In this document: in pieces, positions 38,447 to 47,030 of the stretch | How positions within the stretch are numbered: the stretch's first letter is position 1 | How the letters are laid out: every line of letters starts with the position of its first letter | Assembly (NCBI GenBank): GCA_021814695.1 | Contig: JAKAHY010000004.1 | Coordinates: 24,481 to 88,480, forward strand | Length of the DNA stretch: 64,000 nt | Direction of reading: 5' to 3' | Source: a bacterium | GTDB taxonomy: Bacteria > Patescibacteriota > Minisyncoccia > UBA6257 > JAGOQP01 | The notes under the pieces: model-generated | The model's database searches: none | Told to the model about the DNA's origin: nothing | The model's input: only the letters and a program-made list of their open reading frames with translations | Translations under genes and position numbers: made by a program

Positions 38447-39424
38447 TTATTTTAGGCCGACTTTCCTGTAAACTTCGTTGATTTTTTCTTGAGCGATTTT
38501 ATTTATCTTTTTGGACCCAGATTTAAGGATTGACAGGACTTTGTCGTCCGAAAGCGAGTAAAACTTCTTTTGAAAATCGGAAAGGAAAGAGATAACCGCT
38601 TGAGCAGTGTCGATTTTTAGTTTTCCGTAGTTTTCTCCAAAATAGGATTCCTCAACGGCTTTAAGGTCTCTGTTTGTAACCAGAGAAAGAATCGTTAAAA
38701 GATTGGATACCCCGGGCTTTCTTGCGGGGTCATATTTTATAACAGTCTCCGAATCGGTAACCGACTTTTTTATTTTGTCGGTAATAACTTCGGGGGAATC
38801 GGTCAGGGCAATATAATTGTAAGGTGACGGCGCGCTTTTAGACATTTTTTGGAGCGGGTTGTCCAAGGCCATTATTTTTGACCCGAATTTAGTAATTAAT
38901 GGTTCGGGGGTTTTGAATGTTTTCCCGTACAAATCGTTGAATCGACGGGCAAGTTCGCGAGTGATCTCCAGATGTTGCCTTTGGTCTTCCCCAACCGGGA
39001 CAATGTCGGTGTCATAAAGTAAGACGTCGGCTGCCATTAGAACCGGATAATTCAAAAGCCCGGCCATTGTAGACCTATTTTTTGAAGCCTTGTCTTTATA
39101 TTGAGTCATCAATTCCAATTCTGGAACTTTGGTGATCGTGTTTAATATCCAGTAAAGCTGGGTATGGGCCGGAACATCCGATTGGACAAAGAGGGTGGAT
39201 TTTTTAGGGTCAATTCCGAGGGCTAGAATAATTTTTGCAGTATCTATAATTTTTCGCCTTAGGGCCTTGGGGTCCTGATAAACCGTTATAGAGTGGAGAT
39301 CAACAACCGAAAAGATGCATTCATAATCATCTTGCATTTGAGTCCAATTTCTTAAGGCTCCCAAATAATTACCCAGATGAATCGTCCCTGATGGTTGAAT
39401 TCCTGAAAAAACTATTTTTTTCAT
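38447..39424 (-). CDS. trpS: Tryptophan--tRNA ligase
   Basis: SGIQPSG.IHLGNYLGA, YPVLMAAD, VPVGEDQ, KMSKS. Confidence 0.97.
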   Translation of the reverse strand: MKKIVFSGIQPSGTIHLGNYLGALRNWTQMQDDYECIFSVVDLHSITVYQDPKALRRKIIDTAKIILALGIDPKKSTLFVQSDVPAHTQLYWILNTITKVPELELMTQYKDKASKNRSTMAGLLNYPVLMAADVLLYDTDIVPVGEDQRQHLEITRELARRFNDLYGKTFKTPEPLITKFGSKIMALDNPLQKMSKSAPSPYNYIALTDSPEVITDKIKKSVTDSETVIKYDPARKPGVSNLLTILSLVTNRDLKAVEESYFGENYGKLKIDTAQAVISFLSDFQKKFYSLSDDKVLSILKSGSKKINKIAQEKINEVYRKVGLK

Positions 39425-39469
39425 AATGACTAATTATAACGCTAATTTAAAAGGCGCGTAAGACGCACG

Positions 39470-39901
39470 CTAAAGGCCGATCTCATTTTGAATCGACTGG
39501 AAAAACTGTTTGTCTTTGGGGTGGGTTAAAATTTCGGTAACCTCGTTTTTATCTACCCACTTAGCTTCTGGATTTTCCGGGTCAACCGGTTTCAATTCGA
39601 TATCGGAAGTAATAAACAAAAACATTTTTATGATTTTAAAAGTATTCTTGTCTTCGCCGCCGTCTTTACCGATTCGAAAACGCCCATAGGTCCCAAGAGA
39701 CTTTATTAAGACAAGGTTTTTTACTCCCGATTCTTCGTATATTTCTCGTTTGGCGGCATCGATTTCGTTTTCGTCCGGATCAATGCCCCCTTTAGGGAGA
39801 GACCAGCTGTTTCCGTGCTGGCTGACAATAAGGATTTTTCCGCTGTTGTTTATTACGACTCCTCCGGCACTTACGCGCATTGTCAGGTTTTGATTTTCCA
39901 T
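39470..39901 (-). CDS. NUDIX hydrolase
   Basis: Nudix box GGIDPDENEIDAAKREIYEESGV. Confidence 0.92.
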   Translation of the reverse strand: MENQNLTMRVSAGGVVINNSGKILIVSQHGNSWSLPKGGIDPDENEIDAAKREIYEESGVKNLVLIKSLGTYGRFRIGKDGGEDKNTFKIIKMFLFITSDIELKPVDPENPEAKWVDKNEVTEILTHPKDKQFFQSIQNEIGL

Positions 39902-39904
39902 GTT

Positions 39905-41659
39905 TTATACCTCAATTACTACCGGCAGGATCATAGGTCGGCGCTTGGTTTTATTGTAGACAAACTGGCCGATCTGATCGCGGAGCAATCCTTTGAGATA
40001 ATCGGACTCCAGTGATTGAAAGCGGGGAATTCGGCCGATGAGGCCTTTTATTTTTTTCCGCACCTCCTCAACCATCTCTTTATTTTCTTTGAGATAAATA
40101 AATCCTCGGGAGATAATGTCGGGATTTTTGAGGAATCTTCCGGTACGCCTATCAAGAGTTACAATAACCACCATCATTCCTTCCTGAGCCAATAACATCC
40201 TGTCTCTGACAACGACTTCTTCAACGTCACCGACGCCAAGACCATCAACCATTACGTAATATGCAGGAACGGAATCTTGGGAAATTTTAATTCTATCGGA
40301 ATAAATATTGACAACTTGGCCATTGTCCACCAAAAAGCAATTTTCCGCGACAACTCCCTTTTCTTTGGCGTTTTCAACATTAGCTGCGCGCATGAAATAC
40401 ATGCCGTGTATCGGAATGAAGTATTTTGGTTTTATGGTTCCGATTATCAATTTTAGATCTTCGGAGGGTCCGTGTCCGCTTGCGTGGACGTCAATGTGCT
40501 GGGTTTGAATGACCCTGGCTCCTTGGCGGGTAAGATTATCTTTAAGGGTTTGAACCGGCTTTTCATTTCCGGGAATTACAGATGCGGAGAAGATTATAGT
40601 ATCCCCCTTTTTGATGGTTATGTGTTTGTTTTCGCCGTTGGCGATTTTCATCATACTCGCCTTAGGCTCTCCTTGAGCGCCCGTGCTCAATACAAGAATT
40701 TTATCATCCTTATATTTGTGAATTTCTTCAAGCGGCACAATCAAACCCTTGGTCATTTTTATATAACCGAGGCTTTGGGCGATATTAACGTTGGTTTTTA
40801 ACGATAACCCGCTCAGAAAAACTTTACGGCCGTGTTTTTCGGCTATTTGTAAAATAGGAGCGATTCTTGTAAGAAGCGAAGCAAAGAGTCCGATAATAAT
40901 TCTACCCTCCGCCTTTCCTATCAACTCGTCCAGATTTTTTTCAACCGTTTTTTCGGAAAGCGATTTTCCGGGAGCTTCAGCCCGGGTGCTTTCCAGGAAT
41001 AGAGTGTGGATTTTTTGTTCGCGCATCTTTTCGAAAACTTCAAGACGATGCGGATTACCTTCGGAATCGTAGTCAACCTTAATGTCCGAAAGATACGCAA
41101 AATTTCCTACGGGAGTTTTTAAAATCGTAGAGATTGAATCGGGGATGGTGTGCTCGGTCTCAAAAAATTCTGCCTCAATATGTTCCGAAAGGCGCACCTT
41201 CTCCCCCCCTTTCACCACTTGAATGAATAATTTTGACGTGTGAGGAAAGTCATCCTGGCGTTTTTTTATGATTTCCCTGGTTAATGCCGCCGTATAGATA
41301 GGGATTGAGGGCCCCAATTTTTCCATGAGATAAGGAATGGCTCCAAGGTGGTCATAGTGTCCGTGCGTTATGACGACTGCTTTTATGTTTTTCTTTTTTG
41401 GGATCAGGCTTTGGACATTGGGGATGATGTAGTCTATTCCCGGAGTATCTTCTTCGGGAAATTGCAGACCCATATCGAAAATAATTATTTCGTTTCCGTA
41501 CTCGAACATTGACATATTCCGTCCTATCTCTTCCAATCCTCCCAAGGGAACGAATCTGACTACTTCTTCGGCCGGGTGTGCATGATCAACCTCGCGCGAA
41601 ACTTCGCGGTGAGTTTTTTGCGGACGCTGGGCCCGCTTTTTTGTATTTGTGTATACCAT
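39905..41659 (-). CDS. rnj: Ribonuclease J
   Basis: PLGGLEEIGRNM, THGHYDHLG, GAQGEP, HASGH, RRPMILPVVIEV; start set at ATG 41659 because the longer ORF overlaps the tRNA. Confidence 0.95.
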   Translation of the reverse strand: MVYTNTKKRAQRPQKTHREVSREVDHAHPAEEVVRFVPLGGLEEIGRNMSMFEYGNEIIIFDMGLQFPEEDTPGIDYIIPNVQSLIPKKKNIKAVVITHGHYDHLGAIPYLMEKLGPSIPIYTAALTREIIKKRQDDFPHTSKLFIQVVKGGEKVRLSEHIEAEFFETEHTIPDSISTILKTPVGNFAYLSDIKVDYDSEGNPHRLEVFEKMREQKIHTLFLESTRAEAPGKSLSEKTVEKNLDELIGKAEGRIIIGLFASLLTRIAPILQIAEKHGRKVFLSGLSLKTNVNIAQSLGYIKMTKGLIVPLEEIHKYKDDKILVLSTGAQGEPKASMMKIANGENKHITIKKGDTIIFSASVIPGNEKPVQTLKDNLTRQGARVIQTQHIDVHASGHGPSEDLKLIIGTIKPKYFIPIHGMYFMRAANVENAKEKGVVAENCFLVDNGQVVNIYSDRIKISQDSVPAYYVMVDGLGVGDVEEVVVRDRMLLAQEGMMVVIVTLDRRTGRFLKNPDIISRGFIYLKENKEMVEEVRKKIKGLIGRIPRFQSLESDYLKGLLRDQIGQFVYNKTKRRPMILPVVIEV

Positions 41660-41680
41660 AAGATTTTTATTTGTAATATG

Positions 41681-41764
41681 TGCCCGGGAGAGGATTTGAA
41701 CCTCCATGACCTTGCGGTCACAGCGACCTGAACGCTGCGTGTCTGCCAGTTTCACCACCCGGGC
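41681..41764 (-). tRNA. tRNA-Leu(CAG), no encoded CCA
   Basis: GCCCGGG acceptor stem, D-loop TGGCAGAC, anticodon arm CAGCG-TTCAGGT-CGCTG, long variable arm, GGTTCAAATCC T-arm. Confidence 0.96.
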
Positions 41765-41770
41765 AATTAT

Positions 41771-42547
41771 TTAAAATGTATGAACTAATTTGGACGTAAA
41801 GCGTTTGGGCTCGGTTAAGAACAAAAATTTTTCGGGATTTTTTATGAACTCTTCGTACAGGGGAGCCGTTTTACTTATATCTAGAGGAAGTTTTCCGTAA
41901 GTTTTGATTTTTTTCAATGAATAATATTTTTTTTGGCGTGGATTTCTTTCGAATATCAGCTTGCCTTTATTCCAAATCGGATACCATGCGGGTCCGGACG
42001 TCTTTTTGAAGAAAGAATAATCGGAGGCGTTGTTTCTATCGACAAAGATATTGGCGATTACAAGCGGTGTTTTTAAAGATGCATTTGCCGTAATGTGCCC
42101 GCAATCCGGGGGAATGATTATTTTTTGGCCGGAACTTCTGTAAATTGCATAAAGTTCGTGATTGGTATTGTTTTGAATCAGAAAAATTGCACTGCCGTAA
42201 ATTACCTGATAAATTTCCGGCGGCCTACCTGTTCTCGAGAGATTTTTGTGGATATGTCCGATAGTTCTGTGAGTTTCACGCCCTACCAGACCGGGGGTTA
42301 TGACGGTTAAGTCATAACGGACCCCACTCCGAGAAAATAGGGGTTTATCTTTTTTAAGGCAACTATTTCTGTAAATATAGTATAAATCCTGATTTTTGTC
42401 CAGTTTTTTGTTGTTAAAGAAGGCTTCATTTCCGGAATACATTCTTGTTGTAGCTTTGGCACGATTCAAAGAAGAGCCGAAAAACAACCCTTTCTTCCCA
42501 AGCTTTATAGGAAGACCGGATCGTTTTGATAAGTTTGGCTTAAACAT
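41771..42547 (-). CDS. Cupin-type (archaeal-like) glucose-6-phosphate isomerase family protein
   Basis: LYYIYR, RYDLTVITPG, RTIGHIH, PEIYQVIYG, IIPPDCGHITAN. Confidence 0.8.
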   Translation of the reverse strand: MFKPNLSKRSGLPIKLGKKGLFFGSSLNRAKATTRMYSGNEAFFNNKKLDKNQDLYYIYRNSCLKKDKPLFSRSGVRYDLTVITPGLVGRETHRTIGHIHKNLSRTGRPPEIYQVIYGSAIFLIQNNTNHELYAIYRSSGQKIIIPPDCGHITANASLKTPLVIANIFVDRNNASDYSFFKKTSGPAWYPIWNKGKLIFERNPRQKKYYSLKKIKTYGKLPLDISKTAPLYEEFIKNPEKFLFLTEPKRFTSKLVHTF

Positions 42548-42550
42548 AGT

Positions 42551-44227
42551 TTACTTAAAAATCCTTTTCGTTTTTACGTACCAATCGGTTACGTCGGTAA
42601 AGCGAGTATCGGGTAAGGACATATTTCCGATATTGATTCCCGACAAGCTTCTCTTGTGTGTGTAAAGATAATAAGGGGATACAAGGAATGCCGCCGGCGT
42701 ATCCTGAACGATTGTTTTTTGGAGCTGGTCCAGTTTTGATTGATGTTGGCTACCATAGGGGTCAAGTTGTCGGGCCGATTCTATAAGCTGATCGGCGGCG
42801 GAACTGTCATAAAGTGCCAGATTGTATCCGGGATAGAATTTTTGGGACGAATGCCACAAAGAATATAAATCCGGAACCTGGGAAATTATATTTCCGTACA
42901 ACAAGGCTTCGTAGTCTCGGGTGTGAATTACCTGATCGTCGATTTGCTGGGGGTCTACTATCGCTACCGATGAATTTACTCCTATCGAATTCCAATAATT
43001 TTGAATCATTTTGGCGACAATGTTTTGAGGATAAAGGTCCGGAGTTTTTATCGTTATTGAAAGTTGGGTTGTATTGTTCTTATCCTTCTTTTCCCAGAAT
43101 TTTGTATCCTGATTGAATTGCCACCCGTCTTTGCTTATGAGATCGCGGGCTGATTGCGGATCGTAAGAGTCTAATGGCTCAATTGCCGGATTGTAGGATG
43201 AAAGAGATGAGGGAATTGGTCCGTGCTCTATTGATGCGTTACCGCCAAATACAGTTTTTACGATTTCATCCTTATTAATAGCTTCGTTGAGCGCCTGGCG
43301 GATATTTTCCGAAGCCAATGCCGGATTAGCGTTCTGATTGAAAAATATCGCGTAATATTTTGAAGTTGGCACCGATAATGTTGTCGAATTAAGTTTTATG
43401 TTATCCAAAATCCTTCTGTCATATGTTCCGAATCCGTCCACCAATCCGAGGTTATAAGCTTGCATAAGCGAGTCGCTGTTTTCAAAGAATTTAACGACGA
43501 ACGATTTTATATGAGGCACGTTTCCTATGGCCGAATAATTATCATTGGCCTTGAGAGAGTATGAGGAAATAAATCCGTCACGCCGTTTTTCCAAAAAATC
43601 ATACATAAAAGGTCCGCTCCCGATCGGTTCGAGCATATAAGGAGAAAGGCGCAAATTAAGAGGTGCTTGAGAAAGGTCGGCAAAGAGTTTCTTTGGAACC
43701 GGCCTAAGATCCTTAAGGACATTTTCAAACAAAGAATAAGGAGTGGCCAACTCAAACTGAATTTCGCGCTCACTGATTCGATGAGGAACCACGTTTTGCC
43801 AATCGGAAAACGAGGGAGACAAAGTGCTTGGGTTTTGGATAGTCTGAATCGTAAAAATGACATCGTCGCTGGTTATTGGAGTTCCATCGTGCCAAACCGC
43901 TCCGTCTTTTAGGCGCATATCCCAAACTTTAAAATTTGAGTCGTGTTTAATGCTTTCGGAAAGATCGTATGCCGAGGCAAAGATAAGGGAAACCAGATCA
44001 CTGTCGGGAGTATTGTTTTTTGCCAAAAGGGGATTAACAAACGAAGGTTGTCCGATTACGCCTTCCGTATAAGAACCGCCGTCTGCCGGCATAATTATTG
44101 TTATTTGGCCAACCAATATAAGACCCAGAAGAACGCCCGAAACGATAAAAATAACAATTGAGCCGGCGAAAAAAAGGCGTTCCCGCTTTGAAAAAGCTTT
44201 CAGTATTTGTACCAACAAAGAGATCAT
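42551..44227 (-). CDS. ABC-type peptide substrate-binding protein (family 5) with N-terminal TM
   Basis: GGSYTEG, WHDGTPITSDDVIFT, PIGSGPF, RQALNEAINK. Confidence 0.88.
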   Translation of the reverse strand: MISLLVQILKAFSKRERLFFAGSIVIFIVSGVLLGLILVGQITIIMPADGGSYTEGVIGQPSFVNPLLAKNNTPDSDLVSLIFASAYDLSESIKHDSNFKVWDMRLKDGAVWHDGTPITSDDVIFTIQTIQNPSTLSPSFSDWQNVVPHRISEREIQFELATPYSLFENVLKDLRPVPKKLFADLSQAPLNLRLSPYMLEPIGSGPFMYDFLEKRRDGFISSYSLKANDNYSAIGNVPHIKSFVVKFFENSDSLMQAYNLGLVDGFGTYDRRILDNIKLNSTTLSVPTSKYYAIFFNQNANPALASENIRQALNEAINKDEIVKTVFGGNASIEHGPIPSSLSSYNPAIEPLDSYDPQSARDLISKDGWQFNQDTKFWEKKDKNNTTQLSITIKTPDLYPQNIVAKMIQNYWNSIGVNSSVAIVDPQQIDDQVIHTRDYEALLYGNIISQVPDLYSLWHSSQKFYPGYNLALYDSSAADQLIESARQLDPYGSQHQSKLDQLQKTIVQDTPAAFLVSPYYLYTHKRSLSGINIGNMSLPDTRFTDVTDWYVKTKRIFK

Positions 44228-44451
44228 TATCTAATGAAAAGATTGGCAAGCGATGCGCCTGCGAATAATACAAGCCCGACAATAGTTGCTATAAAAATAA
44301 CCTTTTCCAAGCCTCGGCGTTGCTGGTAAAAACCGGCCTCGCCTCCGCCTCCGAAAGATTCTGAAACTCCACTCCCTCTTTCCTGAAGAAGCACTAGTAT
44401 TATTAACGCGACGGCAAGTACCAGTTGCGCTATTTTAACGAAAGTAGCCAT
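44227..44451 (-). CDS. secG: Preprotein translocase subunit SecG
   Basis: LIILVLLQERGSG..FGG, RRGLEK, 2 TM. Confidence 0.9.
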   Translation of the reverse strand: MATFVKIAQLVLAVALIILVLLQERGSGVSESFGGGGEAGFYQQRRGLEKVIFIATIVGLVLFAGASLANLFIR

Positions 44452-44453
44452 GT

Positions 44454-44831
44454 TTATGAATATGCCTTTTTGGCAGCGAAACCAATAATAAAGTGAACTG
44501 CACTTATGATGAGAGTAGCATAGACCAGCGGATAAAGTCCAGCGGACATATCGATTGATACGCCAATGGGATAGATTCTGTATAAAAGATACAAGACAAT
44601 AGCATTAACGACTAAAACTCCCAATCCGAAGGTTATCAGTACCAGCGGACTCAAAAGTAATCTCAGAATCGGCCTGACAAATAGATTGAGGATTGTAAAA
44701 ATAGCGGCGACCTTCAGGTAAGTGACGGGATCGGAGGAAAGAGAAAAGCCTTTTACAAAATAAGCCGCTAAAATCAATCCGATCAGATTTATAATGAAAA
44801 TGATCACTATTCGGGCGATTAATTTAATCAT
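44454..44831 (-). CDS. 4-TM phage-holin-like (YvlD-type) membrane protein
   Basis: LNLFVRPILRLLLSPLVLITFGL..LVVNA. Confidence 0.8.
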   Translation of the reverse strand: MIKLIARIVIIFIINLIGLILAAYFVKGFSLSSDPVTYLKVAAIFTILNLFVRPILRLLLSPLVLITFGLGVLVVNAIVLYLLYRIYPIGVSIDMSAGLYPLVYATLIISAVHFIIGFAAKKAYS

Positions 44832-44875
44832 ATTTTTATCCGTTCTATTATGTGTTTATTTTACCTCTTTTTCGG

Positions 44876-44884
44876 TTATCCACA
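44876..44884 (+). promoter_or_regulatory. Perfect DnaA box in divergent intergenic region
   Basis: TTATCCACA. Confidence 0.45.
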
Positions 44885-44981
44885 CAATCCTTTGTTTTTG
44901 GCTCCGCCTGCCGTATAATTAATAAAAGATATATGTTAAAGGTCGATTTATCGATTAATTGCAGCGGAAAATCTTAATTAT

Positions 44982-45662
44982 ATGGTCTTATCTTGGTCAG
45001 ATGTTATCGTAGCCTCGTTTCAGCAGGCATGGCAAACAGTGATTCATTTTCTGCCGTCGTTTATCGCGGCCTTGATTGTTCTTATAGTCGGCCTGTTGAT
45101 TGCGTCGGTATTGAGGGCTTTGCTGGAAAAAGTCATTTCAGCCATGAAGTTGGATGTTGTGCTTAAGAAGCTTGGGCTTGATGAAGTAATGAACCGCGCC
45201 GGATATCAACTTAACAGCGGCAAATTTGTAGGCGCTTTAGTCTACTGGTTTGTTGTTGTCGTTATTGTTCTGGCGGTTTCTGACGTATTGCAATTGTGGG
45301 GCCTTTCAACCTTCCTTAATGAAGTGTTATTGTATTTCCCCAATATCATTGTTGCAGTGCTTATCTTGCTTGCAGCATTGGTTGTTGCCAACTTCTTGCG
45401 CGGACTTGTTCGCGCATCGGTTGCGAGCGCCAGACTTCATGCTCCCAAATTCCTTGGCGCATTGACGTGGTGGGCGGTAGTCATCTTCGGATTATTGGCG
45501 GCATTCTTGCAACTTGGAGTTGCGGGAGCGCTGATTCAGACAATTGTTATGGGATTCATCGCTATGCTTGCGCTGGCTGGAGGTATTGCCTTTGGTCTTG
45601 GCGGCAAGGATTATGCGGCGCATCTTGTTAACAAATTGCGCGAACATACCGAAGGAAAATAA
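44982..45662 (+). CDS. TM-helix repeat protein (MscS TM/CmpX-like)
   Basis: Two FLP/FPN TM-helix repeats; GIAFGLGGKD. Confidence 0.8.
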   Translation: MVLSWSDVIVASFQQAWQTVIHFLPSFIAALIVLIVGLLIASVLRALLEKVISAMKLDVVLKKLGLDEVMNRAGYQLNSGKFVGALVYWFVVVVIVLAVSDVLQLWGLSTFLNEVLLYFPNIIVAVLILLAALVVANFLRGLVRASVASARLHAPKFLGALTWWAVVIFGLLAAFLQLGVAGALIQTIVMGFIAMLALAGGIAFGLGGKDYAAHLVNKLREHTEGK

Positions 45663-45672
45663 CTATTACAAC

Positions 45673-45702
45673 AAACACTCCGGCATTTGCCGGGGTGTTT
45701 TT
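45673..45702 (+). terminator. Intrinsic terminator
   Basis: AAACACTCCGGCA-tt-TGCCGGGGTGTTT plus T tract. Confidence 0.8.
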
Positions 45703-45721
45703 GTTTGACCGCTTTTATTTA

Positions 45722-45750
45722 TTGACTTGTTAAGGGTATGTTGGTATTCT
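45722..45750 (+). promoter_or_regulatory. nusA promoter
   Basis: TTGACT-17-TATTCT (TGn-extended); leader hairpin ATCCGC/GCGGAT follows. Confidence 0.6.
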
Positions 45751-45805
45751 AATAACGATCAGATCCGCCGCGAGAGCGGATTATTTATTAGATAAAATAA
45801 AAATT

Positions 45806-46993
45806 ATGTTTGATATAAAAGCATTAAATCGGGCGATAGAGCAGTTGGCTAGCGAAAAAGACCTCGAGGCTTCGCAGGTTTTAGAGGCGGTAGAGGCGGC
45901 TCTGGCGTCTGCTTATAAAAAAGAATATGAGAAGAGAGGCGAAGTCGTTCGTTGTGTTTTGGATGTTAAAAAAGGAGATATAAAATTTTTTCAGGTAAAA
46001 ACAGTTGTCGATGAGACCACCGTCAGATTTCAGGAAGAAGGGCAGGAGGTTCCAGAACCGGTTTCAAAAGAGGAAGAAGAACAATTATTGCCACTCTACA
46101 ATCCGGAAAGACACATGCTTTTGGATGAAGCAAAAGAAATCAAAAAAGACGCCGTTGTGGGCGATGAGCTCCATTTTGATTTACCTTCGCCCTCATCCGA
46201 TTTCGGAAGAATCGCCGCTCAAACCGCCAAGCAGGTTATTTTGCAGAAACTTCGCGAGATTGAAAAATCGGCAGTTAAATCCGAATTTGAAAATAAGTCA
46301 GGGCAGTTGGTAACCGGGACTGTTCAGCGCATTGAGCGAGGGAATGTTTTTGTGGATTTAGGGAAGGCTTCGGGAGTGATGTTTTTTTCCGAATCAATAC
46401 CGGGCGAACATTATCGAATCGGTGAACGTCTTAAGTTCTATCTGCTCTCGGTTCAAGAGGGAGGACGTGGTCCTCAGCTGATATTGTCGCGTTCTCATCC
46501 AAGATTTATTGCCAAGCTTTTTGAATTGGAAGTTCCCGAAATTTCCGATGGAATAGTTCAGGTTAAAGGCATTGTCCGGGAACCGGGAAGTCGTACCAAA
46601 ATAGCGGTAGTTTCTACCGCCGAAGGAGTGGATCCGGTCGGAGCTTGTGTCGGACAGCGGGGGGCTCGGGTTATGGCGGTTAACGGCGAAGTCGGAAACG
46701 AAAAAATCGATATTATAGAATGGTCGGAAGATCCTTCTCAATACGTATCCAATTCTCTTTCTCCCGCGACGGTAACATCTGCCGAACTTAAGGATAGGCA
46801 CGAAGCTTTGGTGTTGGTGCCTGAAGATCAATTAAGCTTGGCTATTGGAAAAGGAGGGCAGAACGTGCGTTTAGCGGCAAAGCTTACCGGGTATAAGATA
46901 GACGTCAGGTCCCAATCTAATCCCGGCGCTCAACAAGAAGGCGGAGTTGCCGCGGTTGAGGAAGAAAAGAATAATGAGTCGGTTGAAGAATAA
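45806..46993 (+). CDS. nusA: Transcription termination factor NusA
   Basis: FGRIAAQTAKQVI, LFELEVPEI, DPVGACVG, AIGKGGQNVRLA. Confidence 0.97.
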   Translation: MFDIKALNRAIEQLASEKDLEASQVLEAVEAALASAYKKEYEKRGEVVRCVLDVKKGDIKFFQVKTVVDETTVRFQEEGQEVPEPVSKEEEEQLLPLYNPERHMLLDEAKEIKKDAVVGDELHFDLPSPSSDFGRIAAQTAKQVILQKLREIEKSAVKSEFENKSGQLVTGTVQRIERGNVFVDLGKASGVMFFSESIPGEHYRIGERLKFYLLSVQEGGRGPQLILSRSHPRFIAKLFELEVPEISDGIVQVKGIVREPGSRTKIAVVSTAEGVDPVGACVGQRGARVMAVNGEVGNEKIDIIEWSEDPSQYVSNSLSPATVTSAELKDRHEALVLVPEDQLSLAIGKGGQNVRLAAKLTGYKIDVRSQSNPGAQQEGGVAAVEEEKNNESVEE

Positions 46994-47030
46994 GTATTAA
47001 AATTAAAGATTAATTAATAATTATTATTTT

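Noticed and set aside
41660-41758. N-terminal extension of rnj in the ORF track (start 41758)
   Set aside because: It runs through the tRNA-Leu gene; ATG 41659 is the sensible start.
44454-44831. Holin-like gene as evidence of a prophage
   Set aside because: No endolysin, structural or integrase genes; this 4-TM family is commonly chromosomal.
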